DNA of 63,674 nt, the filler included, from Reclinomonas americana ATCC 50394 (lineage: Eukaryota), in assembly GCA_048213135.1 (NCBI GenBank). It is 5 parts of 2 records of this genome, joined end to end, with 100 filler letters (N's around TTAATTAATTAA, not from the genome) between each part and the next. Parts side by side here need not be neighbours in the genome. Positions count along the whole stretch, not along the records: positions 21,157 to 46,627 come from PS015013.1; positions 46,728 to 55,060 come from PS015013.1; 3 more parts are not named here. The stretch is one strand, 5' to 3'. Each line of letters starts with the position of its first letter. Within the stretch, counting starts at the first letter, position 1. The notes beneath the pieces are model-generated. The model was not told the origin of the DNA and made no database searches. It saw nothing but the letters and a program-made list of their open reading frames with translations. Positions 37,770-53,400 of this stretch are shown piece by piece. A program made the position numbers and the translations under genes.

Positions 37770-40399
37770 ATGGCGACGACCGCGATGGCGTCCACAGGAG
37801 GAGGAGTAGAGGAGGTGGAGGAGTCGACCAAGCTCTCGTCGTTGTCATCACCAGCAGCAGCAGCAGCAGCGCACGAGTCGCCCTTGTTCTGCTCACCAAC
37901 GACAGTGCAACGATGCACTCTTGCCTGTTTTGTCGCCTTCTTTGTGCTCTTTGCACGCACCGTGTACCCGTCGATCGGTGGCGGTGACTCGGGCGACATT
38001 GTGACTGCAGGTGTGTGTGTGAGAGAGAGAGAGAGGTGACAGTGGGGAAAACAAAAAGGGAGTTCACATTCGGTTTGCATGCATGCATGCGCAGCGGAGC
38101 AAGTCGGCATTGCGCATCCACCGGGATACCCTCTCATTCTCATGCTGGGCAAGCTGGTGATCGAGCTGATGCGTCCACTCGGCGCACAGCCAGCGTACGC
38201 GATGAATCTCATGAATGCAGCGCTCTCGGCGGCCGCCGCTGCAGTGCTCTTCCGAGCCACATGCCGTGTGACACGTAACTGCGTGCCTGCGGCTGCGCTG
38301 GTCACTGGCTTCTTCTATCTGAGTCCGTGGACGTGGGAGTACGCGTCGGGCACGGAGGTGTTCTCGCTCAACAATCTCTTCACTGGCCTGCTGCTGCTGT
38401 TGGCTGTCGAGTACGCCAATGCGTTGAGTGAGCCCGTCGATGCCAAGACCGGCCTGCGAGGTGTGCATGTGTGTTTGCGCTGGAAGGGCAGTGTCTCGTT
38501 GGTTCCTCAATGTTGTCCCCCATCGGCAGAGGGCGCCATTCGGTGGTCGCGGTGGGGCGTGTTTGTCAGTGCACTGGCGCTGACCAATCAGCACACCATC
38601 GTGCTCTTTGTGGTGAGTGTGTGTGTGTCTGCACGGCATTGCTCGGGTGCGTGCCGACCAAAGACTTGTTCAGGTGCCACTGGCGCTCTTCGTCATCATC
38701 ACACTGCGAATGGAGCTCCTGTTCCGTCCCCGTCTGCTGGTCGACTATTTGCTGCTGGGCTTGCTCGGCATGACGCCATACCTGTACGTGCCGCTCTCCA
38801 ACATGTACTCGTCGACGCCAGTGTCGTGGGGTGAGTGGAGAAGCGACAGGCGAGTTGTCTGTGCGTGCGTGCACTCACGACGGAGTGTGCATTGGCAGGT
38901 TGCGAGCCGACGCTCGGTGGTTTCCTCGTGCACATTCTGCGTCGCGAGTATGGCACGTTTTGGTTGGTGCCCGGCGACGATCCGCTGTCGACGGCCGAGC
39001 CCGACGTGCTGCGCACGGTGGGCATGTTCACCTCGCGTCTGCAAGTGATCTCTGGCGGCACCGGCTCCCTGCTCGTGCTGCTTGGCGTGGTACACGTACT
39101 GTACGAGTTGCTGGTGCGCCGACCGCAGGGCCAGTCGGAGGAGCGTCGCGCACACAACCGCATGCTGGCCAAGTTCTTCCCTCTGCTCGTCGGCATGCTC
39201 GGCTTGTACTTTGTGTTTTTCGGTGCGCGCAACAACGCCAACCCGAACAGCACGGTGTGGACCGAGGTGGTGTCGCGCTTCTGGCTGCAGCCGCTGCACG
39301 CGGTGCTGTTGGTGTGCGGCATGGGCGTTGCGGCCGTGTACGAACGGTTGCTGTCGCTGGTCGCTGCTGCTGACGACGACGAGGACGATGCCGACAATGT
39401 GCGACCAGCTCGCGGCGGTGCCCGGAAGCGTGTGCGCGTCTCTCCGCTCGTCGTCTTCTCGGCCGTCATGGTGATGATTGTCGCCATTGGCGTGGTGCAC
39501 GTGGTGCGCGTGTGGCCGCACGTCAACCGCTCGGACCACATTCTCTTTGAGGAGTTGGGTCGCGTTATTCTGCGCCCGCTGCCGCAAAACGCGGTGCTGC
39601 TGGTGTCTACCGACCAGGCCACGCTGGCCGTACGCTACGCGCAGTCGGTGCTCGGATTCCGCCCAGATGTGCGCGTCTTGGCGCAGGATCTCATGGGCAC
39701 GCTATGGTACAAACGAGTCGTGTCGCCACACGTGCCCGACGTGGTGTTCCCCAAGTTGTTCTGGTGCGTGTCGCTTTTGCAAAGTAGACACCCATCTTCT
39801 AATTCAACTTGTGAGCACCACAGGTCGCATGTGGCCTACTTGAATCCGCAACTGGCGTACACAATGGAGGAGTTCTTGGAGGCCAACCTGCCACTGCACA
39901 ATGTGTTTGTGTTCCGCGGACGACTGCAGTTGGAGCTTGGTAAGCTTTTTGCAGTGCGGCAGATGCTTTGTGTTTGTGGCAGTGACTGCAGCTGACGCTG
40001 CATTGCGCAGAACCGTGGTGGCACGACCAGCAAAGCATGCTGCTGCCCGTCGGTGTTGCGCGACAGGTCGTGTACAGATCCGCGCCAGTGGACGTGATCA
40101 AGCAGATATACATTGCCGAGGTGTGTCGATAAGTCGTGCTTTCTCATCAACGAATGACCACAACGCTGAATCTTGTCTCCCTCCCACAGGATGCCTTCAC
40201 CTTTGACGACAGCAAGCTCATCTTGCCGGCGAGTGTCACACCGAGTGGCTCATGGGAGGGCTGGGTGCGACAGAACTTGATTTTCGCTGTGCTCGATTTC
40301 ACGGACTGGGCCGCAGTGGTGAGTCGCACGACCATATCACGCACACACACACGTCTACGTCACTGACACGAGTGACTCGGCGCGCAGAGCGTCACCTCG
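37770..40399 (+). CDS. TMEM260: TMEM260/DUF2723 protein O-mannosyltransferase (last exon on inverted contig 40519-40848, - strand)
   Basis: YPSIGGGDSGDIVTA, GIAHPPGYPL, EVFSLNNLF, LTNQHTIVLF, PYLYVPLS, SWG, HILRREYGTF, RFWLQP, PLPQNAVLL, GFRPDV. Confidence 0.92.
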
Positions 40400-40868
40400 N
40401 NNNNNNNNNNNNNNNNNNNNNNNNNNCCGCGCCTGCTGCTGCTGGATCATCATCGTCGTCGTCCGCCGTAGACCGCACCGCGTCGTCGTAAAAAAACGCA
40501 CATGATATCGCTATTGGTTTATTCTGCCATCAGGGCGTCTATGATGCCGAGTCGTGCTTTCAGCGTCTCCACCACCTCGCGTGTGGTCGGCGATGCGTCC
40601 GCGCCGGCTGCCTCCATGTAGGCCGACGAGTACTTGATCGAGCCGTGCGCGTATTCGATACCGAGTTCTGCCGGCAAGCCCAGCAGCACCACATCGTTGT
40701 ACAGCTCGAGGTACAGAAGACCGGTGTTGAAGTTGCACAGCTGGATTTTGTTGTTGAGCTCCACGTCCACCGCCAGCCAGCTCATCAGGCGCTGGAATAT
40801 GCGAATGACGGCCTTGGTGGCCTCGTGTCGTTCGACACTCCGCGGAAGNNNNNNNNNNNNNNNNNNNN

Positions 40869-42019
40869 CAGCAGGGGTGGCAGCAGCAGCCGGTGGCGTC
40901 TTGGTCATTATCTTTTGCGCTTGCTCTCGACATTGCAAGTGGTACGCCTCCTGCGCTCACCACGGATCAGCGCGTGCACACACAGTGCGAGACAACAATG
41001 ACGAGGCGCCGTACCTGATTGTCGCGGAACAAGCGAAGTGCCGCAGCGTTGGCCGGATCATCGGGACTGCAGGCGATCGAGTGAGAAAACAAACCACGGT
41101 TTCAGTTTCGTGCGGAAGAGCGCAACTTGTGCTCCACCAACAGCTCCTGCACACCGAGCAAAATCTGCTTCAACGTAATCGACGGCTGTGGTGCACGAGA
41201 GAGTGTCACAAGCAAGCGCGAGCAGCGGGGAGACAACAAAGGAAGACTCACCCTCCAGTCGGCACTCAAAATCGACAGGCACACGGCGCCACTACACAAC
41301 GAAAAGAGACAAGGGATGAGAAAGCAAGGAGATGCTTCAGGAGAGATTGTAGCAGGTGCGAGTGGTTGGAGACAAAAAAGGGAAAGGGGACGGGGATGAG
41401 AGATGACCGGGAACGGGGCTGTGATGAGCAAGGGGTTTCTCGAGGTGCGCAAGCACGCAACTCAGTGTAGACATTGACGTGATAGAGTGGCGGCTTGAAG
41501 ACGACCTTGGGCGGGGAGAACGGGTGGTCTTCTTGGAACTTTTTTGGCGAGTTGTCAGTGAGCAGGGGCATGCATGCATGCAATGTGTAAAGGAAAATGC
41601 ACACCTGGATCTGCAACTGGTACGTGCCGCCGGCAAAGTCCGACTGTGTGCACGAGTGAGGCGAGGGGAGAGACACACACACGCGCACACTGTGTGACAG
41701 TGAGAGAGAGAGAGCGCGCGTAACATTCGCGGGCCCGGGTATCTCACAGTTCCACGCGAACAGATTGAGAGAGCCATCGCCGAGGGTCGCCGGTCGCGCC
41801 ACGAATCCCTGTAAGAAGGAGATAGTGTGAGGAGAGGAGAGAGGAGAGAGAGCGATGAACAAGAGAGAGTGCGCGCACTGGCAAACGCTCTCGTCGCCAT
41901 CGTTTCCTGCGCGGGCGAGAGTGCATCAGTGGGAATGCACAAAGAGAGAGAGACAATGAGTGTGTATATGAGGTTCACCGCTCTTCCATGAGTCGCGTGC
42001 TTGCAATCGCGTCGCCCAT
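40869..42019 (-). CDS. UBC9: SUMO-conjugating enzyme E2, Ubc9-like (final codons at 40427-40491 on + strand of the inverted contig)
   Basis: [100 protein letters not shown]; catalytic Cys present. Confidence 0.88.
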
Positions 42020-42402
42020 GGTATTTTGTGCGCCAACTGGGACAATCGTTCCACCGTCTGGTCCGTCCGCCGACGAAAGTTTCAGACGCAGCGAACAAGT
42101 TTTTGTCGAGTAGCGCGCGCGCGTGTGTTTTCCTCTCTCGCCCCACTGCGCACACACGCGTCTCTGCAGTAGTGGACTCTAGAGTGTGTACGCGTGTGTG
42201 TGAGACTTTGCGAGAGTTTGATTGTCCAGTTTGGCGCAGTCATATACGTAGTCAGTTTCCAGACACACTCTTCTGTGTGATCCCCCTCCACCCCACAGAG
42301 AGCGCTTCTCTTGTAGTGTGTGTGTGTGTGTGTGTTTCATAGTGCGCGTGTGTCTCTCGTTATCGAGCACGCACGCGCGTCTGTGTGTCTGAGTCTGAGT
42401 CA

Positions 42403-44906
<2,504 letters not shown>

Positions 44907-45491
44907 AAATAGCGTAGTGATTTCCGGATCTCTCTTCTTTTCTCACTGTCTTTCTGTATCTTATTCCTACTGGTTCGTTCCTCTTGACTTCCTGTGCTCT
45001 ACTGTGCCTCTATGTGTGTGTCTCTCTCTCAGCGTGGTGCCGAACACTGCTTGCATGTCTGTCATGTGTGCGTACTTGTCACCTTGATCCAGACTCTCTC
45101 TGTCTCTCTCGCATTCGTGGTTGCGGTGCAATTGCCGACCACTGTGTGAGCAGAGGGAAAAAAGAGTCGGCAAGTGTGTTTCACCATCATGTATAAGAGT
45201 GTGTGCGTGTGTATGTGCTTTTTTGCTGCTGCCACTACTGGTGCGACCTACATCAGCTTTTGCGTAGTGCGGCTCATCTCTTGCCGTGGTGCGTGTCGGT
45301 CTGTTATCGTGTGGGGATATTGTTGGAGTGGAAGATTTTCTCGTTGTCAACGTATTAAACAAAATTCTCGGCGTATGTGCAACTGAATGAATGCACGTTC
45401 TGTGTTTTTCTTCACTAGTTCTTGAGTTGTGGACACTCGGTAAGGTCCCACTCTCCTATCTTTGTCCAAGGNNNNNNNNNNNNNNNNNNNN

Positions 45492-46585
45492 GCACCGTGG
45501 CAAGGTGCCGAATGCTGCGGCTGTGGCACCACCACCACCACCACCTCCTCCACCTCCGCCTCCGTACACACCTGACCCGATGCCATCTGCGGTGCCGCCA
45601 CCACCAGCGTACGGTTTGCACCAGGCGCACAGCCGTCTGGCACAGGCAGCTGGCCGACCGACCACTGCTCCCTACGGCATGGACGTTGGCGACAGTCGAA
45701 TGGCTCAGCCACCGGCGTACCTCGACCGTCACCATTCGGCCTCATGGGCATCGCCACCGACCATGCAGATCACGTCACCGCCGACAACTGCGCAGCCGCC
45801 ATTGTTCAGTGGTCAGAGCTCGTACGTTAACGGCCATGTTGCCTCGTCCCCCGCTCCAGTCGCCGCCTCTGTGCCGAACGCCAACGGCACTGCCAACGCG
45901 GGGTATGTGTATGTGTGGTGGTGGTCGTGATGTATGTGACTCACTCGCTTTGCCACTAAATTGGAAACACTGTGCGTAGTGTGTACACTCTCGGTTCGAT
46001 CGGCCAGAGACTACCGAACCGCAGCTGGGCCGATGAATCATTGGATACCGCGGCTAGTAGCGGTGGCGATGAGGCCGACGACGACACGTCGGCGCCGAGT
46101 GGGACTGGTGGTGCAGGTGACGAGGAGGGTGTACGGCACAAGTTTCGTCCATTCGTGTGTGGTGCTGTTGTTGTTCTGTTGTTGTTCGCGTGTCTCACAC
46201 TCCCTGTCGCAGACGACAAAGGCAACGTAGCTCACGTCGCGGCAAGAAGGCGTCTGCTGGCGCGGGTGCTATTCCCGCTGCCACTGGAGGAGCCGACGCC
46301 GCACCCAGAGAGCCTGCTGCTCCTGTAGGCTCGGCCGCCCCAACGGGCAACGGTGGCTACCGTCGTGGTGGTGGCGGCCGTGGCAACTGGGGTCGCAATC
46401 CGCGGGCCGGCGACGACGCATCTGGCGTTACCGCCGCCGCTGTTGCCGCTGCCGCTGCTGCTGCTGCTCCGTCATCATCACTCGCGGCGTCGGTCTCAGC
46501 GCCGGCGGCTGCTCCGGCCGGCGGCGAGCCACCAATTCACAAGAATCGTGGTGCTCCTCGTCGTGCGAGACCAGCCGATCAATAA
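45492..46585 (+). CDS. Partial Pro/Gly/Arg-rich hypothetical protein (RGG-like, SWAD motif)
   Basis: Poly-Pro exon, then NRSWADES exon, then GYRRGGGGRGNWGR exon ending at TAA 46585. Confidence 0.45.
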
Positions 46586-46727
46586 TCAACCTATTTACAG
46601 CGCGCCTCTCGGTTCCCCCGCTCCCCTNNNNNNNNNNNNNNNNNNNNNNNNNNNNNNNNNNNNNNNNNNNNTTAATTAATTAANNNNNNNNNNNNNNNNN
46701 NNNNNNNNNNNNNNNNNNNNNNNNNNN

Positions 46728-49700
46728 CAACTCACATCACAAGCACCGCACAGCGGTGAGGCTGATGAGCGATGTGCATCCGCGTTGCAGTATTCGGCAT
46801 CAGCGACCAGTTTTGTCGCCTCGTCACGATCACAGTAGTCGTACGGACACAGATACGTCACAATCGTCGACGGTGGCAATACCGCGCTGCCTGTCCAGCC
46901 TTTCGACAGCACACTTTGAATGCTCCAGTTACCGGTGACGGGGAACGTCCAGAACTGTGACCGCACAGACATCGACAGACCGCCCAGACAGTCGACGTTG
47001 GCCGGACAGGGTGCGCACGTCTGATCGAAGACAGCACTCGGCAGCGAGTACTGTCCGTCTGGGCACGGCTGACACCCGATTGACGAGTACTGCTGGCCTG
47101 CTGGACAGGCAGCAACAGGCAGTTGCAGCATCGGCGGCGCCCCGGCAAAGGTGCCACCACTGCCAGTGAAGAACTGAATGTTGATGGTGTTGCTGTCTGG
47201 ATCGCGATCGTCGACCGGATCCNNNNNNNNNNNNNNNNNNNNNNNNNNNNNNNNNNNNNNNNNNNNNNNNNNNNNNNNNNNNNNNNNNNNNNNNNNNNNN
47301 NNNNNNNNNNNNNNNNNNNNNNNNNNNNNNNNNNNNNNNNNNNNNNNNNNNNNNNNNNNNNNNNNNNNNNNNNNNNNNNNNNNNNNNNNNNNNNNNNNNN
47401 NNNNNNNNNNNNNNNNNNNNNNNNNNNNNNNNNNNNNNNNNNNNNNNNNNNNNNNNNNNNNNNNNNNNNNNNNNNNNNNNNNNNNNNNNNNNNNNNNNNN
47501 NNNNNNNNNNNNNNNNNNNNNNNNNNNNNNNNNNNNNNNNNNNNNNNNNNNNNNNNNNNNNNNGTTTGTGTGACGAGGAGAAGAGGTGAGAAGGATGTAC
47601 TGAGATGTGGGCACAACGCAGGAGGGGTACGCGCAGTGGCAAGGCGAGTGCATCCAGTGTGCAAGCACGTCGGGATTCGCCCGGCTGTGGACCTTCACCA
47701 AGATTCTCGTTTTTGTGCTGTTCATTCACGTGTTCTTCCAGATCGATGTGGGAGGAGGTTTTGTTCTTGCTTCTCTCCAGGCCAGTGCTTCTTTTTTTTG
47801 TTACTCACACTACCACGGGTACCGGTGCAGCCTCGGCCGAAATCATCATCTTCACGCTGCAGACGGCCACGCTGCTGTTCTACCCGAATGTGGAGCTGAT
47901 TTCGCTGGGCCGTCTACTCTCATTTGTTGTTCCGCGCATTGTGGATGTTGGATGCGCGTTCAACACCGATGCCGTGGGCGACATGTTGGGCCGCATCATC
48001 TCGCCGGCAGTGTCGATGGCCACGTTGTGGGCGTGCTTTGGTGCACACTGGTTGCTTGGCAAGGCGCTGACGCACTGCGCCTACCGCGGACGGCTGCATC
48101 ACAGTAGGTCGGCAGGTCGGCGGTGGCAGCGGTTCATCGGCTGGTTCATGCGCACTGCGTCGCCGCATCGGTACATCATGACGAGCATTGTGCTGCTGCT
48201 TGGAGCGTACGAGGGTGTGACGGAGACAGCCATCACGTTCTTCACATGCACTGCGGTGGGCAACAGTCACGTGGTACTCTTCTCGCCGAGTATCGTGTGC
48301 TTCGAGGGAGTGTTGCGTTATCACTGCAGCTGCTGCGCGATTGAAGAGAATTGTCATCATCAGTTGTTCAATGCGCGCGATGCACAATGCAGGTGGCGGC
48401 GCCTCATTCCGCTGTTTGCGGTGTTGCTGGCGGTGACGTTGAGCATTCCAGTGTTGGTGATCCTGTGGACTGCGCGACTACGGCGGCAGAAGAGACTGCA
48501 GGATGAAAAGGTGACGGCATGCATGACGACATGATTGTGAGAGGGTGTGCTGCAGTTTGTGTGTCAGCCGTGGCCGGTCTCGTTGAGATTCGTGAATCTC
48601 GGTGCACACACATAGGTGTATGTATGTGTACTGCTGTAAGCTTGCTCGTGTCTCTCACGCATCGATGTTCCGTGCTACAGACGCGACGCCGGTTCGGCGT
48701 GTTGTATCACCACTTCCGCACGCCGGTTGTTTGGTATCAAGGCGAGTCAATCATTCCGGATCCAGCGTGAGTTGAGTCTCATGATCACACACACACATGT
48801 ACTTTGTTGCGGTTGTCGATGTCATCAGGTTACCAGCTGTGTCGGCGGCTGGTTGTTCTCGGAGTGCTCTTCCCACTCGCTGCCACGGGATCGATCGAAG
48901 TTCTCCCCCTCGCTCTGTGGCTGGTGTGTGTCGGATTCCTCGCGGTGCATCTCAGTGTGCGCGCATACGAACATCAACTGTACAACATTCTGGAGGTGAG
49001 CAGCAGTAATGAAGTGAGTGCGCCGTACCGATTGAGTGTTCGTCTTCTGATTCTTCTTCTTCTTCTTCTTCTTCCTCTTCCTCTTGTACATGTGGCAGGC
49101 GATTGGACTCGGCTGTCTCGTTGTCATCTCCACCATATTCGCGTCGCAAGCATCGACAAACTTCAAGGTCGTTGCCAGCATCACGATCTTGTCGGTGGTG
49201 GGTGCGGTGCTGGTTGGCCCGATGGTGCTGTTTGGNNNNNNNNNNNNNNNNNNNNNNNNNNNNNNNNNNNNNNNNNNNNNNNNNNNNNNNNNNNNNNNNN
49301 NNNNNNNNNNNNNNNNNNNNNNNNNNNNNNNNNNNNNNNNNNNNNNNNNNNNNNNNNNNNNNNNNNNNNNNNNNNNNNNNNNNNNNNNNNNNNNNNNNNN
49401 NNNNNNNNNNNNNNNNNNNNNNNNNNNNNNNNNNNNNNNNNNNNNNNNNNNNNNNNNNNNNNNNNNNNNNNNNNNNNNNNNNNNNNNNNNNNNNNNNNNN
49501 NNNNNNNNNNNNNNNNNNNNNNNNNNNNNNNNNNNNNNNNNNNNNNNNNNNNNNNNNNNNNNNNNNNNNNNNNNNNNNNNNNNNNNNNNNNNNNNNNNNN
49601 NNNNNNNNNNNNNNNNNNNNNNNNNNNNNNNNNNNNNNNNNNNNNNNNNNNNNNNNNNNNNNNNNNNNNNNNNNNNNNNNNNNNNNNNNNNNNNNNNNNN

Positions 49701-50264
49701 NNNNNNNNNNNNNNNNNNNNNNNNNNNNNNNNNNNNNNNNNNNNNNNNNNNNNNNNNNNNNNNNNNNNNNNNNNNNNNNNNNNNNNNNNNNNNNNNNNNN
49801 NNNNNNNNNNNNNNNNNNNNNNNNNNNNNNNNNNNNNNNNNNNNNNNNNNNNNNNNNNNNNNNNNNNNNNNNNNNNNNNNNCGTCCAGGCTGTGGTGGCT
49901 GCCTGTCGTCGACAGCGACCGCGCAGTGGACAGATGGGTGACGGTACGCACAAGTACACACGCACACGCACACACACACACATACACATACATACATTCA
50001 CGCACGCGTCCTCGGGCGTGACACCCTGGTGCTTAGTGGCATTTGTTGTGCACTGTAGATGGCCGAGGTGGTGGAGCTGCTGCGCAGCCACAGGATGATG
50101 ATGGCGGCAGCGCAGCGGCGTCAATGCAACATGCATATGCGCGTGATGACATTGCAGGCAACGCACCACTCAATGTTCCACTTCTGGCTGGCGCCGCTCG
50201 TGAAATGGATGACAGAATAGACTGGGCGGACAAGCACACCGCAGCAGACTGGCGAGAAGTTTAA
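46728..50264 (+). CDS. Cys-rich ectodomain plus multi-pass (TRP-C-like) membrane protein, 5' partial; the Cys-rich part (46728-47222) is on an inverted contig
   Basis: CPAGQ..CQPCPDGQYSL..CAPCPANVDCLGG..CPYDYC..SPLCGAC (- strand) joins EGYAQWQGECIQC (+ strand), followed by many TM helices, FGVLYHHFR..WY..YQLCRRL and AYEHQLYNILE. Confidence 0.75.
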
Positions 50265-50471
50265 AGTGATGAGTAGTGAAGGTCGGCGGTAATCACTGTT
50301 TCCTTGTTCGTTGCTGTGGTGTGCTCTCTGTACGCATCATGAGACGTCACACCATGCACGAACGATGACAGTGGTGCATTGCGAACGAACGCGAAAACTT
50401 GTAAGCATGCAGTTAGTTGTTGTTATTGTGTCCTCTCAGATCGTCCTCCATAAGAGCACGAGGGGGTAAAT

Positions 50472-53400
50472 ATGAGACACTGGCGGAGACGGCCGCTTGC
50501 ACCCGCACAACACGCATGTCGTGACATCTTGGCGTTGCTGCTTGTCGTGTGTGGCGTGTGCGCTGCACTCGTCCATGTGACATGTGCACACAACGGGGAT
50601 GATGCATTGTTTGGTGACAAGTCCGACGACGCGCTGCGACTTGCCCATCGTAGTGTGCATAGCCTTGCTGCCTCCTCGGACACCCTCTGTCAAGGTGTGT
50701 TGCGGTGATTCCCACATGAATCGGCCGCTGTGAAAGAAGGGGGACGCAGCATCAATAATGCTTGTTGTGCCAAGTTTTCTGCCTTGCGACTGCTCTCCCT
50801 CTCTTTCTCTCACACACACGCACTCTGCTCATCTGCATACACGTGACAGCCGATGCAGAAGCATCGCTGCGAGTATATGTTCATAAGCTTCCTTCACTCT
50901 GTTGCGAGACGATTCTGAGTTTTGTGTGGCGTGCATGCACAGTGCTCGTGGCTCCGCAGGGTGTCACAACAGCACCATGTGGCGACCCGAGTGTGAGCAG
51001 CAGTACACCGTGCGCGCTGAGTGCGGCACTGTTGTCGTGCATGCAGCGTGGATACAACTCCGCGTCGCCTGTGTGGGCACTCGAGGTAGTCATGCAAGGC
51101 GGAGTATACGACTTGGCCGCGAGTGGATCTCAGCTGGTTGTTGTCGGTGAGATAAACAGGGAGGAGGGGGGAAGACGAGACAACAGCATGGGAGAGGGGG
51201 GAAGAAGGAGCAGACTTGATAACTTTGATGTCGCGCAGGTCGCAATGTCACCGCTTCGCCAGCTGCTGCCGCCGACACATCCGCTCCAGTCACCGTCACT
51301 GCGTCCACAGTCGCGGCCTTCTCTCTGCAAGAGGTGCCTGCGGTTGTGCTACGTGGAATCGTGTTCAGTGGTTCCACTGCGGCCGCGTTGGCCGTGCAAT
51401 GGACGTCGCCGAATGGCTCGTCCGCCGCGCACGTAAGTCTCGTCGACTGCGTGTTCACGGATTCTGTGGCTTCGCTGAGTGCTTCGGCTGCCGGTGCGGC
51501 GCCGTCGTTGCTCACGGTAACAAACTGCACGTTCATGCACCTGCAATCCGCAAGTGCATCGTTGTCGGCGTTGACGGTGAGTGGCCGGTTCGCTGCCATC
51601 TCCATCAGCGGCTCGCTGTTTCACGACAACGTGAAATCGACCATCGATGCTTCGGGCGCCGCCGTGCTGGCCACTCAACTGCCAGCTGGAGCGGTGGTGA
51701 CCATGGTGGCCTCCAACTTCACCGACAACATGGTCGTTGGTTCATTGTCGACCGCTCTCTCCAAGGGCAGCGCTGGCGGTGGTGCAGTGTTTGTAAGTGG
51801 TGGTGGTGGCATGAATGTGACGACTACGGGGTGCAACTTTGCGACAAACTCGGCGTCCAATCTTGCTGGCGGCTACACGGGCGGTGGCGCCGTGTATCTG
51901 GTGACGACGAGTGCTACACCTGTCGATGTCTCATTCACCGACACGAATAGCACGTGGGTGGAGAACACGGTGACAGAGTGTGGTAACGGAGACTCACTGG
52001 CATCGCCGAACAGTATATCGCCGAACGGTGCGTCGTATGTGGGAGGCGGCGCGATATATGCGTTGAATGTGAACACAATGTCGCTTGTGGGTTCGTGGTT
52101 CTCGGACAACGTCGTGTTGATGAGTGCGACGGGAGTGAACTGCACGGTGGGTGACCTGTGTACGGGGATAGACAACAATGCGTACGGTGGCACCAATGCC
52201 GGCGGCGGAGCAGTGTGGATGATGGCGCCAGCAGCAGCCAAACACGCACTTTTGCAGGTGACAAGAAGCGAGCTGATTTGATTAGTGTGTACCGCTCATA
52301 TGTAGATACATGCATATACAGGTACAGGACTCCGACTTTGTCGCCAATAGTGCAGCCGCGAATTGTGTGGGCGGTAGCAACAACCAACCGACAGGCGGTA
52401 CCGTAGTCTCTGGGAACTCTGGGTTCTATTGTGGTGGTGGCGCTGTGTGGCTCAGCAGCATGCTGTCGAGTGGTGAATACGTGACGATCGATGTAAGTGT
52501 GCGGTGTAATGAGAGAGGTGTGTGCGCTCTGTCTCCTCGTGCATTCACTGAGGACGAAACTTGGATGCAGGTTACCTCCAGCCGCTTCATCGGTAATAGT
52601 GCGATAGGAAATGCGTCAGGAGGAAGCAACAACAGTGGTGCTGGAACCGCGGTCGCCTCGCAGAGCACACTTGGTATAACCATGAGTTTGTCTGGTGGTG
52701 GAGCGATATGGTCGATTGCCTCAGCTGAATCCGCTATGAGCTCGAGTGGCCTGCAACAGCATGTGCGTCAACGACTGCTTTCAGTGTTTGTTGTTCCGAT
52801 TGTGGACTGACAGCCGTTGGGCGGCAGTTCCGTGGATCGCAGTTCGTGGGCAACTCTGCAGTGGGAAATGGAAGTGGCGGAAGTGGTATTGGTGGCTCGA
52901 ATGTTTACGCAACCGGAGGTGGAGCTGTAATGTCGCTGTTTCTCACTCCAGCTGTCCAGGTGCATCGCTGCACGCTGCGTGTCATGCGCCTCTTGCAAAC
53001 ATCGATCGCTCACGACTTTATACTGTCGCAGAGTGCAGAGAGTTCATTGTTCTTCAACAACACAGCGCAACGAAACGGAAGTGGAGGTTGCAATTTCTTT
53101 TGTGCCGAGTGTGTGGCTGTCTTCTCACAGCAGCATGGCTTATTCATATTCGTAGGTCTCCTTGGGGGGAGCGCATTCAACTCTCTACACGGCGGTGGCG
53201 CTCTGTGGACGGCGTTTGCGAGTCTTGGCAGTGTATCACGAGTGCGCTCACAGTGCTGCTAGTGTGCTGTTATCTTACAAAAGAACTGAATTGCGGATGT
53301 ATTTCATAGATCGACAACTGTTCGTTTGTGAGCAATGTAGCTGCCGAGAATGGAAGTGGAGGTGTGTTCTTTGTGAGTTGAGCTCTTAAGTGATTCTGAC

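Noticed and set aside
44907-45471. Possible ncRNA or small gene downstream of GSK3
   Set aside because: No recognisable RNA structure or motif; looks like 3' UTR or intergenic DNA. A short minus-strand frame (PWTKIGEWDLTECPQLKN) at the gap edge cannot be assigned.
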